Shown here: positions 1 to 10,434 of the stretch, in pieces | How the letters are laid out: each line of letters begins with the position of its first letter | Numbering within the stretch: position 1 is the first letter of the stretch | From: a virus | Lineage: Duplodnaviria; Heunggongvirae; Uroviricota; Caudoviricetes | Length of the DNA: 24,486 nt | Direction: 5' to 3' (one strand) | Virus record (IMG/VR): IMGVR_UViG_2529292836_000011 | Location: 1 to 24,486 of that record | Program-made: the position numbers and the translations under genes | The notes under the pieces: generated by a model | The model's input: only the letters and a program-made list of their open reading frames with translations | Told to the model about the DNA's origin: nothing | The model's database searches: none

Positions 1-155
1 GCCACGAAAGGCCAGCTCTCCGAAAGCGCACGAACATACTACAAACTGTTGATTTTGGTACACCCAGGCGACGCCCGGCCACAACCCGGGGTAAATGTTC
101 TTCAAAGTGAAGACGTAAAGCTTCAGTGATCCAGGTCCGGTGTTTCATACGATAG

Positions 156-186
156 TGTCCATTAAAAATGATGGACATTATTTTTG
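156..186 (+). terminator. Terminator-like hairpin (GTCCAT, 8-nt loop, ATGGAC) followed by a T-rich run
   Basis: Inverted repeat gtccat/atggac at 157-162 and 171-176, followed by attatttttg. Read directly from the sequence. Confidence 0.35.
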
Positions 187-222
187 TAGAGCCGGAGGAA
201 ACAGACCAGACGGTTTAAATGA

Positions 223-456
223 GCCGGTTACGGTATAGCGTCATTCTGTCCCTATAACATTGGCCCCGGTAAGTGTTTCCCGTCGACGTTTTATAAGCGG
301 CTGAATGCCGGTGATCGTAAGGGCGCATGCGAGGCGATTCGCTGGTGGATAAAAGATGGTGGGCGCGATTGCCGCATACGTTCAAATAACTGCTATGGAC
401 AGGTTATTCGTCGTGACCAGGAAAGCGCATTAGCCTGTTGGGGGATAGATCAGTGA
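223..456 (+). pseudogene. Endolysin (GH24 T4/P21-type lysozyme) C-terminal fragment, 5'-truncated
   Basis: Frame-1 translation ...[55 protein letters not shown] resembles the C-terminus of P21 R/RrrD-type lysozymes. An in-frame TGA at 220-222 and no in-frame ATG/GTG/TTG leave only 77 codons. Its stop overlaps the Rz start. Confidence 0.6.
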
Positions 457-911
457 GCAGAGTCGCCGCGATTATTTATGCTCTGGTTATCTGCATCATC
501 GTCTGCCTGTCATGGGCTGTTAATCATTACCGTGATAACGCAATCGCCTACAAAGAGCAGCGCGATAACAAGGCCAGTGAACTGGAGAAGGCGAACGCCA
601 CCATCGCTGACATGCGGAAGCGTCAACGTGATGTAGCAGAACTCGACGCAAGATACACAAAGGAGCTTGCTGATGCTAACGCGACTATCGAAAGTCTCCG
701 TGCTGATGTTTCTGCTGGGCGTAAGCGCCTGCAAGTCGCCGCCACCTGTGCAAAGTCAACGACCGGAGCCAGCGGCATGGGCGATGGAGAAAGCCCAAGA
801 CTTACAGCAGATGCTGAACTCAATTATTACCGTCTCCGAAGTGGAATCGACAGGATAACCGCGCAGGTTAACTACCTGCAGGAATACATCAGGACGCAAT
901 GCCTTCGATGA
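453..911 (+). CDS. Rz: Rz i-spanin (lysis protein)
   Basis: Translation [38 protein letters not shown]... closely matches the recalled lambda Rz sequence (N-terminal TM helix, coiled coil, C-terminal Cys). The GTG at 453 overlaps the endolysin stop; the ORF track's start at 438 is probably an over-extension. Confidence 0.85.
   Translation: MSRVAAIIYALVICIIVCLSWAVNHYRDNAIAYKEQRDNKASELEKANATIADMRKRQRDVAELDARYTKELADANATIESLRADVSAGRKRLQVAATCAKSTTGASGMGDGESPRLTADAELNYYRLRSGIDRITAQVNYLQEYIRTQCLR
673..858 (+). CDS. Rz1: Rz1 o-spanin (outer-membrane lipoprotein), embedded in the +1 frame of Rz
   Basis: ORF lies wholly inside Rz in another frame. Signal peptide with lipobox LLGVSAC and a proline-rich stretch ([12 protein letters not shown]) as in lambda Rz1. 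AGGAG sits 7 nt upstream of the ATG at 673. Confidence 0.8.
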   Translation: MLTRLSKVSVLMFLLGVSACKSPPPVQSQRPEPAAWAMEKAQDLQQMLNSIITVSEVESTG

Positions 912-1290
912 TAGCGATAATTTTACTCATCATCCTTCACATCTGGCTCTGTAGACAGGGTGGTGATCACTTCTGGAGTGAATCCAGATTAAACATCTCA
1001 TTGCTGATGCTTGATATTGAGCATCTGGCGCGCGGTAAGGGGCTGCGTTGAGATAAGAGCCAGTTCATTACAAAGCCTATCTACTGGTGGGCTTGATAAT
1101 GAAACCGGAATTTATTCTGGGTAACCAGTTACGGCAGTACAGCGAAACAACCAAAGCCAGTAAGTGGGGAAATAACACTGGCATCCACTGAAAGATGAAC
1201 CTCCTGCCTTATGGCAAAAAAAGATTCTTTGTGGTGGCGGACTGATGGAAAGACATCCTAATCAAGCAACCACTCCACAGGGTCATAATT

Positions 1291-1671
1291 ATGAACGACC
1301 AGCAAATCGAAAAAGAAATCGTTGAGAAAGGCAAAACCGCTCCGAGAATCACTCCGCAGCACATCGAAGACGTGATTAAAAGCGAGCATTACTTTACTGC
1401 TTATGATGGACGTAATGGTGCCATTTCCAGCAACGAATATTGTGGCAGGGAAAAACCAGAAGAAGGCGATCGTGATTTATCACCATTGAAGTTGCTCACT
1501 TTCTGCGTACTGGTGCTGAAGAATGGCTTCACCGTCACCGGAGAGAGTGCCTGTGCAAGCCAGGAAAACTTTGATGCAGAAATTGGTCGGAAGATTGCCC
1601 GGCAAAATGCTGTAAACAAAATCTGGATGCTCGAAGGTTACTTGCTGAAGCAGAAGCTAAGCGAACAGTAG
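1291..1671 (+). CDS. Hypothetical phage protein, possibly N4 gp49 / Sf6 gp66 family
   Basis: 126-aa ORF between the lysis genes and the terminase, where P22-like phages carry gp66-family genes. Family assignment is from memory of family features only. Confidence 0.55.
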   Translation: MNDQQIEKEIVEKGKTAPRITPQHIEDVIKSEHYFTAYDGRNGAISSNEYCGREKPEEGDRDLSPLKLLTFCVLVLKNGFTVTGESACASQENFDAEIGRKIARQNAVNKIWMLEGYLLKQKLSEQ

Positions 1672-1774
1672 TTATTACAAAAGCCATTCCCTACAGAGTG
1701 GCTTTGATAATGGCTTATACCCTACACGGGATAACTTAACTGATATCCCTTTTAACGGATAAACGGAGCCAACA

Positions 1775-2017
1775 ATGGCAGAGATTATTCCCATGACTGA
1801 AGAACAGAAATTCCAGTTAGAGATTTACAAGCTGGTCATGAACCAGAACGCAGCAGCAGAGGAAGCATTTCAGTTCATTGGCACTGACGAGCTGAAGCTT
1901 GAGCTATTCAAAATTCACTTCCAGTCAGGCGGCGCTAATTCAGATATCACGACCCGCACTATCGAAGCGGTGCGTAAATCGAAGGAAGCGTTAGACCTGT
2001 TCACTACCGGAGCATAA
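1775..2017 (+). CDS. Hypothetical small phage protein upstream of the terminase
   Basis: 80-aa ORF whose stop lies directly before the small terminase start. Confidence 0.5.
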   Translation: MAEIIPMTEEQKFQLEIYKLVMNQNAAAEEAFQFIGTDELKLELFKIHFQSGGANSDITTRTIEAVRKSKEALDLFTTGA

Positions 2018-2019
2018 AC

Positions 2020-2460
2020 ATGGCGCGCCCAACAAAGTATCAAGAGGCGTATGCCGAACAGGCACGCAAACTGTGCTTGCTGGGCTATACAGACGCAGAA
2101 CTTGCTGATTTCTTTGAAGTCAGTGAGTCAACTATTAACAAGTGGAAGCTTGATTATCCTAAGTTTTCGGAGTCCATAAAAAAGGGTAAGGCCGTCGCTG
2201 ATGCAGAAGTTAGTGACCGTCTTTATCAACGCGCTATGGGCTTCGTGGCTCCAGACATCGATATTCGTGTTATTGAAAACAGAATTGTCGAAACTCCGCT
2301 TGAGAAGTATTACCCGCCTGATACAACCGCTGCCATCTTCTGGCTTAAGAACCGACAGAAGGATAAATGGCGCGACAAGGTTGATCACGAGCTAACAGGC
2401 AAAGACGGCGGCGCAATCCAGATTGAAACATCACCGATGAGCACTCTATTCGGAAAATGA
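2020..2460 (+). CDS. Terminase small subunit
   Basis: N-terminal HTH-like motif (PTKYQEAYAEQARKLCLLGYTDAELADFFEVSESTINKWK) typical of small terminases. Its stop overlaps the large terminase start (ATGA). Confidence 0.85.
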   Translation: MARPTKYQEAYAEQARKLCLLGYTDAELADFFEVSESTINKWKLDYPKFSESIKKGKAVADAEVSDRLYQRAMGFVAPDIDIRVIENRIVETPLEKYYPPDTTAAIFWLKNRQKDKWRDKVDHELTGKDGGAIQIETSPMSTLFGK

Positions 2461-3872
2461 CCTCGATTAATCCTATCTTTGAACCGTTCATTGAGGCGCA
2501 TCGCTACAAAGTCGCCAAAGGCGGTCGAGGGAGCGGTAAATCATGGGCAATTGCGAGACTGCTTGTTGAAGCGGCGCGTCGGCAGCCAGTGCGTATTCTC
2601 TGTGCTCGTGAACTGCAAAACAGTATCAGCGATTCGGTAATCCGGTTGCTTGAAGACACCATAGAGCGGGAAGGGTATTCGGCTGAGTTTGAAATTCAGC
2701 GTTCAATGATTCGTCATCTCGGAACGAATGCTGAATTCATGTTCTACGGCATCAAAAACAACCCGACGAAGATTAAATCGCTAGAAGGCATTGATATTTG
2801 CTGGGTGGAAGAAGCGGAAGCGGTAACGAAGGAATCGTGGGATATCCTGATCCCAACCATCCGTAAGCCGTTCTCTGAAATATGGGTGAGCTTTAACCCG
2901 AAGAACATCCTCGACGATACCTATCAGCGATTCGTTGTAAATCCTCCCGATGATATTTGTCTGCTGACGGTGAACTACACCGACAACCCGCACTTTCCTG
3001 AAGTTCTCCGTCTGGAGATGGAAGAGTGCAAACGCAGAAATCCGACACTGTATCGTCACATCTGGCTTGGTGAGCCAGTAAGCGCAAGTGATATGGCAAT
3101 CATCAAACGTGAATGGCTTGAAGCCGCAACCGATGCGCACAAGAAACTCGGATGGAAAGCGAAAGGCGCTGTTGTCTCTGCGCATGACCCGTCAGATACA
3201 GGGCCGGATGCTAAAGGTTATGCATCGCGTCACGGTTCGGTTGTTAAGTGCATTGCCGAAGGTCTGCTGATGGACATCAATGAAGGTGCTGACTGGGCAA
3301 CTTCGCTGGCGATTGAAGACGGTGCTGACCATTACCTGTGGGATGGTGATGGTGTTGGTGCGGGTCTACGCAGACAGACAACGGAAGCGTTCTCCGGCAA
3401 GAAAATCACCGCCACGATGTTCAAGGGCAGCGAATCGCCATTCGATGAAGATGCGCCATATCAGGCCGGAGCATGGGCTGATGAAGTCGTACAGGGCGAC
3501 AACGTTCGCACTATTGGCGATGTGTTCCGCAATAAGCGAGCGCAATTCTATTACGCGCTGGCTGACAGGCTGTATCTGACATATCGGGCGGTTGTCTACG
3601 GTGAGTATGCAGACCCTGACGACATGCTGAGTTTCGACAAAGAAGCGATAGGCGAGAAGATGCTGGAGAAGTTGTTTGCAGAACTGACGCAGATTCAGCG
3701 CAAATTCAATAACAACGGGAAGCTGGAGCTAATGACTAAGGTCGAAATGAAGCAGAAGCTCGGTATTCCATCTCCTAACCTGGCTGATGCGCTGATGATG
3801 TGTATGCATTGCCCGGAGTCGGCTGCGCAACCCGACTATTCCAGTTACTCAATTCCTTGTGGTGTAGGTTGA
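2457..3872 (+). CDS. Terminase large subunit (PBSX/Sf6 gp2-type)
   Basis: Walker A P-loop KGGRGSGKS near the N-terminus, a C-terminal nuclease-like region, 471 aa, located between small terminase and portal. Confidence 0.93.
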   Translation: MTSINPIFEPFIEAHRYKVAKGGRGSGKSWAIARLLVEAARRQPVRILCARELQNSISDSVIRLLEDTIEREGYSAEFEIQRSMIRHLGTNAEFMFYGIKNNPTKIKSLEGIDICWVEEAEAVTKESWDILIPTIRKPFSEIWVSFNPKNILDDTYQRFVVNPPDDICLLTVNYTDNPHFPEVLRLEMEECKRRNPTLYRHIWLGEPVSASDMAIIKREWLEAATDAHKKLGWKAKGAVVSAHDPSDTGPDAKGYASRHGSVVKCIAEGLLMDINEGADWATSLAIEDGADHYLWDGDGVGAGLRRQTTEAFSGKKITATMFKGSESPFDEDAPYQAGAWADEVVQGDNVRTIGDVFRNKRAQFYYALADRLYLTYRAVVYGEYADPDDMLSFDKEAIGEKMLEKLFAELTQIQRKFNNNGKLELMTKVEMKQKLGIPSPNLADALMMCMHCPESAAQPDYSSYSIPCGVG

Positions 3873-3873
3873 T

Positions 3874-6072
3874 ATGGCAGAAAAAAAGATGGCTGACTGG
3901 CATCGCAAGGTGCTGTGCAACTTTGATAATGCCTGGTCAGCAACGCAGGATATGCGTGAGCAGATTATTGAGGCTCAACGTTTCGTCCGGGTGTCCGGCG
4001 CACAGTGGGAAGGCAGCACAAACGCTGGTTACTCATTTGATGAAGGCAGGTTTGAGCATTACCCGCGCTTTGAACTGAATAAGATTTCCCGTGAATGTGA
4101 TCGCATCATTGGCGAGTATCGACAGAATCGCATCAGCGTTAAATTCAGGCCGAAGGACGATAAGGCATCGGAAGCGTTAGCCGAAAAGATGAACGGCAAA
4201 TTCCGCGCTGACTATCAGGAAACATCCGGTGGCGAAGCGTGTGATAACGCATTTGATGATGCTGTAACAGGCGGATTCGGTTGTTTCCGCATGTGTGCCG
4301 ATTACGAAGATGAAATGGACCCAAGTAACGAGCAGCGACGCATCAGCCTTCTTCCTGTTTACGACCCGGCGACATGCGTCTTCTTCGATCAGGACAGCAA
4401 GCAATATGACCGCTCTGATGCTATGTGGGCTATGGAAATGTTCTCCATGACGCCCAAAGCGTTCGAGGCTGAATACCCTGATTCCACCGCGGCAAGCCTT
4501 TCTCGTGATGACACTGGCACTCAATATGACTGGTCAACGCCCGATGCCATCTATGTTGGACGCTACTACGAAGTTCGCATAGAGAAGGTGAAGCTCACGG
4601 CGTGGCGCAACCCTGTTAGCGGAGAAACGGCAATCTATGATGAAGAGCAAATCAAAGATATTGTCGACGAGCTAACCGATGGCGCATTCGAACTGATTGG
4701 CGAGCGGACAGTGAAGAAACGCCGAGTTTATTGCGGTCTTCTTTCTGGCGCTGAATGGCTGGAAGAACCGAAGCGTATTCCTGGCGAACATATTCCTCTC
4801 ATCCCGGTATATGGGCGTCGCTCATTTGTTGATAATCAGGAGCGAATCGAAGGCCACGCTGCAAAAGCGATGGATGCACAGCGTCTTGAGAACCTGATGG
4901 TTTCCATGATTGCAGATAACGCTACTCAGGCTGGCGGTGATGGCATTCCTATCGTGGATGTTGATTTCATTCCCGGTCCATTAATGAATCACTGGGCAGA
5001 GAGGAATAAGAAAAGACCTGCAGTTCTTCCCATGACCAGCAAGAAGGACAAAAACGGAACGGTCATTTCAGAGGCTCAGGTTGCTGGCTGGACACCTCCG
5101 ACACAAATGCCTCCTGCTCTTGCCGGGCTATTGCAGTACACCGGAACGGCTATTCAGCAAATTACAGGTGCGTCGCAGCTTGAGAACATGCCGAGCAACG
5201 TCGCCACCGATACCGTTGATAGCATTTTTAACCGGATGGACACGCAGTCCTATATCTACATGGACAACATGGCTAAATCCATGCGTCGCGCTGGCGTTGT
5301 GTGGCTTTCTATGGCGCGTGAGGTCTATGGAAGTGATACGCCGATGCGTATCGTTAATGAGGACGGCAGCGATGACGTGGCGCTGATGACTGGTGAAGTG
5401 GTTGACCGTCAGACAGGGCAGGTTATCGCTCTTAACAACCTTTCGCAGGGTAACTATGAAGTGACTGTCGATGTTGGTCAGTCGTTCGCTACTCGCCGTG
5501 ATGCAACGGTTAAGTCGTTACTTTCCATGCTGGCACTTATCCCACCGGGAACGCCGAAGCATGACCTTGTATCGTCTCTTATTCTCGACAATATGGACGG
5601 CGAAGGGATGGAAGACCTGAAAGAATACAACCGCAATCAGTTGCTTCTGTCTGGAGTTATCAAGCCGAGAACACCAGAAGAACAGCAGATGGTTGAGCAG
5701 GCGAAACAACAACAGGCCAGTCAGCCGGATCCGGCTATGGTTGCAGCGCAAGGTCAGCTTCTGGCTGGTCAGGCTGAATTGCAGAAAGCGCAGAACGAAC
5801 AGGCAGCCATTCAGGTTAAAGCATTCCAGGCACAGACTGATGCTCAGGTTGCTGCGGCAAATGTTGTGAAAATCCTCGCATCTGCCGATAGTCAGCAGAA
5901 ATCTGATATCCGCGAGGCTCTGAAACTGCTCGGACAGTTCCAGCAACAGCAAGGAGACAATGCCCGTGCTGATGCAGAGCTTGTCCTGAAGAGTCAGGCG
6001 CAGGGCCATGCGCAGCGCATGGACATCAACAGCATCCTGCAAAAATCAACTCAGCAACAACCACAGCAGTAA
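3874..6072 (+). CDS. Portal protein (P22 gp1-like)
   Basis: 732 aa with blocks matching the recalled P22 gp1 sequence (RRRVY, GEHIP.PV.G, PEEQQ...QQ..DPAMV.AQG.LL.GQAEL.KAQN) and a Gln-rich C-terminal barrel region. Confidence 0.93.
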   Translation: MAEKKMADWHRKVLCNFDNAWSATQDMREQIIEAQRFVRVSGAQWEGSTNAGYSFDEGRFEHYPRFELNKISRECDRIIGEYRQNRISVKFRPKDDKASEALAEKMNGKFRADYQETSGGEACDNAFDDAVTGGFGCFRMCADYEDEMDPSNEQRRISLLPVYDPATCVFFDQDSKQYDRSDAMWAMEMFSMTPKAFEAEYPDSTAASLSRDDTGTQYDWSTPDAIYVGRYYEVRIEKVKLTAWRNPVSGETAIYDEEQIKDIVDELTDGAFELIGERTVKKRRVYCGLLSGAEWLEEPKRIPGEHIPLIPVYGRRSFVDNQERIEGHAAKAMDAQRLENLMVSMIADNATQAGGDGIPIVDVDFIPGPLMNHWAERNKKRPAVLPMTSKKDKNGTVISEAQVAGWTPPTQMPPALAGLLQYTGTAIQQITGASQLENMPSNVATDTVDSIFNRMDTQSYIYMDNMAKSMRRAGVVWLSMAREVYGSDTPMRIVNEDGSDDVALMTGEVVDRQTGQVIALNNLSQGNYEVTVDVGQSFATRRDATVKSLLSMLALIPPGTPKHDLVSSLILDNMDGEGMEDLKEYNRNQLLLSGVIKPRTPEEQQMVEQAKQQQASQPDPAMVAAQGQLLAGQAELQKAQNEQAAIQVKAFQAQTDAQVAAANVVKILASADSQQKSDIREALKLLGQFQQQQGDNARADAELVLKSQAQGHAQRMDINSILQKSTQQQPQQ

Positions 6073-6162
6073 TTAACCCATAACGTGCAATGGCTGTCTT
6101 TATGAGGCCTGGCACCCTATTGCCTTCCGATGGGCTGAACATCGAGTAAACAGGGGTAACAA

Positions 6163-7056
6163 ATGGACCAGATGGCAGAAAACACACCAGAAGTTGAAAT
6201 CGAAACCGATACATCAGAGCAGATTCCTGATGATGTCGAACTGGCTGAAGAAGTCGAAACAGAAGATGGCAGTGAGTCCTCCGGCAATGATGCAGAGGAA
6301 GCTACTGAAACTGATGACGACGAATCAGAACAGGAATTCTACTTTGGTGACGAAAAGCTGGATTCGCCAACCAGCGAAGATGGCGCAGAGCATGGACTGG
6401 TAAAACACCTGCGCAAGACGATTAAAGAGAAAGACCGCGAGCTGAAAGAGCTGATGCGTCAGTCTCAGAAACCCGTCGAGCAGCAGCCGGTAATCACTCA
6501 ACCACCGCGAATGCCAAAACTGGACGATGAGGACATCGGTTTCGATGAAGAAATCTACCAGCAACGCATGGCTAAGTGGGCAGAGGATAACGGCAAGTAC
6601 CAGCAACAGGAGATGGCTCGCAAGCAGAAGGAGCAGGAGCTTCAGGCTGCCTATCAAGAGCGATTATCCAAATATCAGCAACGTGTTAAGGCTCTCAAGG
6701 TTCCTGGCTATCAGGAAGCAGAACAGGCCGTACTCGAGGAAATCCCCATCGAGACACAAAGCGCGATCCTGTTTGAGTCAGAGAAGCCGGAAATCGTTGT
6801 TCTGGCGCTTGGTCGCAACGCTGAACTGCGCAAGCAACTGGCAGAAGCTACCAACCCCGTAGCAATTGGTCGTCTGCTGGAACGTATCGAATCGAAGGCC
6901 AGAATCATGCCAAAAGCAAAAACCACGGCAGCCACAACCCCGACAGTTAAGGGGAGCAACGGCGCAGTAATCAATAACCTCGACAAACTGAAAGCCAAGG
7001 CGCTGGAAACTGGTGACTGGACGCCGTATTTCGCCGCTAAAAAGGCAAAAAAATAA
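6163..7056 (+). CDS. Scaffolding protein (P22 gp8-like)
   Basis: 297 aa with a highly acidic N-terminus and coiled-coil, Lys-rich C-terminus, located between portal and coat. Confidence 0.8.
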   Translation: MDQMAENTPEVEIETDTSEQIPDDVELAEEVETEDGSESSGNDAEEATETDDDESEQEFYFGDEKLDSPTSEDGAEHGLVKHLRKTIKEKDRELKELMRQSQKPVEQQPVITQPPRMPKLDDEDIGFDEEIYQQRMAKWAEDNGKYQQQEMARKQKEQELQAAYQERLSKYQQRVKALKVPGYQEAEQAVLEEIPIETQSAILFESEKPEIVVLALGRNAELRKQLAEATNPVAIGRLLERIESKARIMPKAKTTAATTPTVKGSNGAVINNLDKLKAKALETGDWTPYFAAKKAKK

Positions 7057-7074
7057 CCTATCGGAGCATTAAGC

Positions 7075-8334
7075 ATGGCTAACCAATTAGCAAAAGACCT
7101 TGAAATCATGTTCGAAAACTACGTTGAAGGCTTTGAGGCCGCCTGCGTAGTTTCCCGTAACGCTAAAAAATTCCGTCCCGGTGATACAGCAATGCAGCGA
7201 GCAGGTGATGTTCTGTATCGTCCGCAGCATTACCACATGAACATTGAGGAGGGCTTGGACCTCAGCGAAAAAACACCAACAGCACTGGTTCAGCGCCTTG
7301 TTCCTTCTGTGTTCAAGGAGCCGAAAAACATTCTGTACACTCTGGATGCGCGTGAAATGCGTGACCCGGAACATAAAACTGAAGCTGGTCGAGCCGCAGG
7401 TATGCGCCTTGCTGCACAGATTGACTCTGACCTGATTTCCATGGTCACGCAGCGTGCTACTAACGTGGTCGCAATTCCTGCCTCAGAAAATGGCTCACGG
7501 GGCCTTGCCTTGTGGAATGGTGCGGCAGATATTGATGCCACCATGACGGCGATTGGTGTACCTCAGGGTATCAACCGTCGCTCTTTCTGGAACCCATTCA
7601 ACTACAAAGACCTTGCTGGCGAGCTTGGTCACCGTGCCTACGCTCAGGGCGCAACCCTGACAGCATACGAAAAAGCGCAGATCCCTCCGGTTGCTTCCTT
7701 TGATAGCTACAAGACCGATATTTCCGGTCGATTACCGGCAGGAAGCACTGAAACCTTGACAGTATCAAATAAACCTGAACACAAGGTTGAAGCGAAAGAT
7801 TCAAATGGCATGCCTGTTGATAACCGACAGGGGACCATTACGGTATCTGCTAAAGGCTTGCAGGTTGGCGATGCGTTTACCATCGCAGGTGTGAATTCCG
7901 TACACCAGATCACCAAAGATACCACCGGGCAGCCGCAGGTATTCCGCGTTCTGGCAGTAGACACAGCAGGAACCACCGTAACAATCTCTCCAAAGATTCT
8001 CCCTGTTGGAAATGCCGATGTTGCGAGCCGTCCATATGCAAACGTCGATGCCAAGCCGGCAGAAACTGCAGCAATCACCATTCTCAACAAGAACGCAGCA
8101 CCTGCTAACCTGTTCTGGGCTGATGGTTCTGTTGAGCTGATGTACGGCAAACTGGCGTTCCCGACTGGTCAGGGTCCACAGGTAATGACGGCAACCACCG
8201 AGCAGGGCGCTACGCTGATTATGTCTTACGCCTTCGACCACATCAAAGGCGTAACCACTGCGCGTTTCACCACTCTGTACGGCTGCTCTGTACTTGTTCC
8301 TGAATATACGGGCATCGTTATTGCCGGGCAGTAA
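7075..8334 (+). CDS. Major capsid (coat) protein (P22 gp5-like)
   Basis: 419 aa, after the scaffold gene, with C-terminal blocks resembling P22 coat (PYANVDA..., NLFWADGS). Confidence 0.88.
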   Translation: MANQLAKDLEIMFENYVEGFEAACVVSRNAKKFRPGDTAMQRAGDVLYRPQHYHMNIEEGLDLSEKTPTALVQRLVPSVFKEPKNILYTLDAREMRDPEHKTEAGRAAGMRLAAQIDSDLISMVTQRATNVVAIPASENGSRGLALWNGAADIDATMTAIGVPQGINRRSFWNPFNYKDLAGELGHRAYAQGATLTAYEKAQIPPVASFDSYKTDISGRLPAGSTETLTVSNKPEHKVEAKDSNGMPVDNRQGTITVSAKGLQVGDAFTIAGVNSVHQITKDTTGQPQVFRVLAVDTAGTTVTISPKILPVGNADVASRPYANVDAKPAETAAITILNKNAAPANLFWADGSVELMYGKLAFPTGQGPQVMTATTEQGATLIMSYAFDHIKGVTTARFTTLYGCSVLVPEYTGIVIAGQ

Positions 8335-8341
8335 TTTTGGT

Positions 8342-8364
8342 GGGGCTTCGGCCCCATTTTTATT
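8342..8364 (+). terminator. Hairpin GGGGC-TTCG-GCCCC plus T-run after the coat gene (possible partial terminator)
   Basis: Perfect 5-bp GC stem with a TTCG tetraloop followed by ATTTTTATT, directly after the coat stop. Confidence 0.5.
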
Positions 8365-8375
8365 GGGAGAAGACA

Positions 8376-8564
8376 ATGGCACGAACAATGCTCTATAAGC
8401 CGGGCAACATGATCACCTGTGGTCAGTTTGCTGTCGATTACATCATTGTTGATGACGAAGAAGTTAAATCTCACCTGAAAAAAGGTTGGGTAAAAACTCC
8501 TGAAGAAACCGCAACGAAGCAAAAAGTGGCTAAGGCGGAAGAAGATGGCGAAAACGAAGGGTGA
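8376..8564 (+). CDS. Hypothetical small protein after the coat gene
   Basis: ATG at 8376 preceded by GGGAGAAGACA. The ORF-track start at 8337 would run through the hairpin. The 3' end overlaps the gp4-like gene. Confidence 0.45.
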   Translation: MARTMLYKPGNMITCGQFAVDYIIVDDEEVKSHLKKGWVKTPEETATKQKVAKAEEDGENEG

Positions 8565-9006
8565 TCTCGTTCTTAAGGCTTTACGAAAAGCCGGGCTGTA
8601 TTCCAATGCCACGTTGACAGATGCTGACCCTCAGGCAATTGAAGATGCCATTAATGACCTCGAAGACATGATGGCAGCATGGCAGGCGAAAGGTATCGAG
8701 CTTGGGTATCAGTTTGCTGATACAGAAAACGGCATCATGCCGTTACCTGACGATGATTCAGGTATCCCTGCATGGGCAAATGATGGCGTCGCTTTGAAAC
8801 TCGCTGTGCAAGCGTGCATGGACAACGTCATTCAGCCGTCAGACGCTCTCCTTACCGCTGCTGACAGTGCATATCAAACAATCTGTATCGCTTTAACCAA
8901 AATACCACCACTTGAGCGGCGAAATGACATGCCTCGCGGCAGTGGTAACAAAAGCGCGTTTACGTGGAATCGGTTTTACATCGAGAAAGATGATCCGAGT
9001 ACGTGA
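8545..9006 (+). CDS. Head completion / tail adaptor protein (P22 gp4-like)
   Basis: N-terminus KTKGDLVLKALRKAGLYSNATLTDADPQAIEDAINDLEDMMAAW resembles recalled P22 gp4; position after coat. Confidence 0.8.
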   Translation: MAKTKGDLVLKALRKAGLYSNATLTDADPQAIEDAINDLEDMMAAWQAKGIELGYQFADTENGIMPLPDDDSGIPAWANDGVALKLAVQACMDNVIQPSDALLTAADSAYQTICIALTKIPPLERRNDMPRGSGNKSAFTWNRFYIEKDDPST

Positions 9007-9015
9007 GGTGAATAA

Positions 9016-10434
9016 ATGCCGATTCAGCAACTTCCGCTCATGAAAGGTGTCGGCAAAGACTTCCGAAACGCCGACTATATCGACTATCTGCCAGTGAATA
9101 TGTTGGCTACACCCAAAGAAATCCTTAACAGCAGCGGATATCTTCGTTCATTCCCGGGCATTGCCAAACGTTCTGATGTGAACGGAGTATCGCGAGGCGT
9201 CGAGTACAACATGGCGCAGAGTGCTGTTTATCGCGTGTGTGGTGGCAAACTGTACAAAGGAGAAAGCGAGGTTGGTGATGTTGCCGGAAGTGGTCGCGTA
9301 TCAATGGCGCATGGTCGAACATCTCAGGCTGTAGGCGTTAATGGTCAACTGGTTGAGTATCGCTATGATGGCACGGTTAAAACCGTCTCAAACTGGCCTA
9401 CAGGCAGCGGATTCACGCAGTATGAGTTAGGTTCGGTTCGTGACATTACGCGCTTACGTGGGCGTTATGCGTGGTCAAAAGACGGCACTGATTCATGGTT
9501 TATCACTGATCTTGAAGACGAATCGCATCCTGACCGCTACAGCGCACAATATCGCGCAGAATCGCAGCCGGACGGCATCATTGGCATCGGCACATGGCGA
9601 GACTTCATCGTCTGCTTTGGTTCATCGACGATTGAATATTTCTCCCTGACTGGTGCAACCACTGTTGGGGCTGCTCTGTATGTCGCACAGCCATCACTGA
9701 TGGTGCAGAAAGGTATTGCCGGAACTTACTGCAAAACGCCGTTTGCTGATTCCTATGCGTTTATCAGCAATCCGGCAACAGGTGCGCCGTCTGTGTATAT
9801 CATCGGTTCCGGTCAGGTGTCACCAATCGCCAGCGCGAGCATTGAGAAAATCCTCCGCTCCTACACTGCTGATGAACTGGCTGATGGCGTGATGGAATCG
9901 TTGCGGTTTGATGCGCATGAGTTGCTGATTATCCATCTTCCGCGCCACGTCCTCGTATACGACGCATCTTCAAGCGCCAATGGTCCGCAATGGTGTGTGT
10001 TGAAAACAGGCCTGTATGACGATGTGTACCGCGCTATCGACTTCATTTACGAAGGCAATCAGATAACGTGCGGCGATAAGCTGGAATCGGTTACCGGTAA
10101 ATTGCAGTTCGATATCAGCAGCCAGTACGACAAGCAACAGGAACACCTGCTGTTTACTCCATTGTTCACAGCGGATAACGCAAGAGTGTTTGACCTTGAG
10201 GTTGAATCGTCAACTGGCGTTGCGCAGTACGCCGACCGCCTGTTCCTCTCTGCAACCACTGACGGCATAAATTACGGACGTGAGCAGATGATTGAGCAGA
10301 ATGAACCGTTCGTTTACGACAAACGCGTTTTGTGGAAGCGTGTCGGGCGAATCAGGAAAAATGTCGGCTTCAAACTTCGCGTTATCACGAAGTCACCTGT
10401 AACTCTGTCTGGCGCTCAGATAAGGATTGAGTAA
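9016..10434 (+). CDS. Head completion / tail hub protein (P22 gp10-like)
   Basis: 472 aa, the same length as P22 gp10, between the gp4-like and gp26-like genes. Confidence 0.8.
   Translation: MPIQQLPLMKGVGKDFRNADYIDYLPVNMLATPKEILNSSGYLRSFPGIAKRSDVNGVSRGVEYNMAQSAVYRVCGGKLYKGESEVGDVAGSGRVSMAHGRTSQAVGVNGQLVEYRYDGTVKTVSNWPTGSGFTQYELGSVRDITRLRGRYAWSKDGTDSWFITDLEDESHPDRYSAQYRAESQPDGIIGIGTWRDFIVCFGSSTIEYFSLTGATTVGAALYVAQPSLMVQKGIAGTYCKTPFADSYAFISNPATGAPSVYIIGSGQVSPIASASIEKILRSYTADELADGVMESLRFDAHELLIIHLPRHVLVYDASSSANGPQWCVLKTGLYDDVYRAIDFIYEGNQITCGDKLESVTGKLQFDISSQYDKQQEHLLFTPLFTADNARVFDLEVESSTGVAQYADRLFLSATTDGINYGREQMIEQNEPFVYDKRVLWKRVGRIRKNVGFKLRVITKSPVTLSGAQIRIE

Noticed and set aside
1-144. Open minus-strand frame at the left edge (translation ...LYVFTLKNIYPGLWPGVAWVYQNQQFVVCSCAFGELAFRG)
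   Set aside because: It has no identifiable start or ribosome-binding site within the window, nothing recognisable in the translation, and it runs off the edge.
912-1290. Bor-like or other small gene between Rz and the next ORF
   Set aside because: Only short ORFs of about 35 aa or less with no ribosome-binding site or lipoprotein signal were found; the region is treated as non-coding.
5518-6042. 174-aa minus-strand ORF inside the portal gene, and similar antisense ORFs such as 7801-8388, 10931-11455, 2781-3185, 14205-14546
   Set aside because: They lie wholly antisense to or inside long ORFs with clear homology-like support, have no recognisable features, and are typical shadow ORFs.
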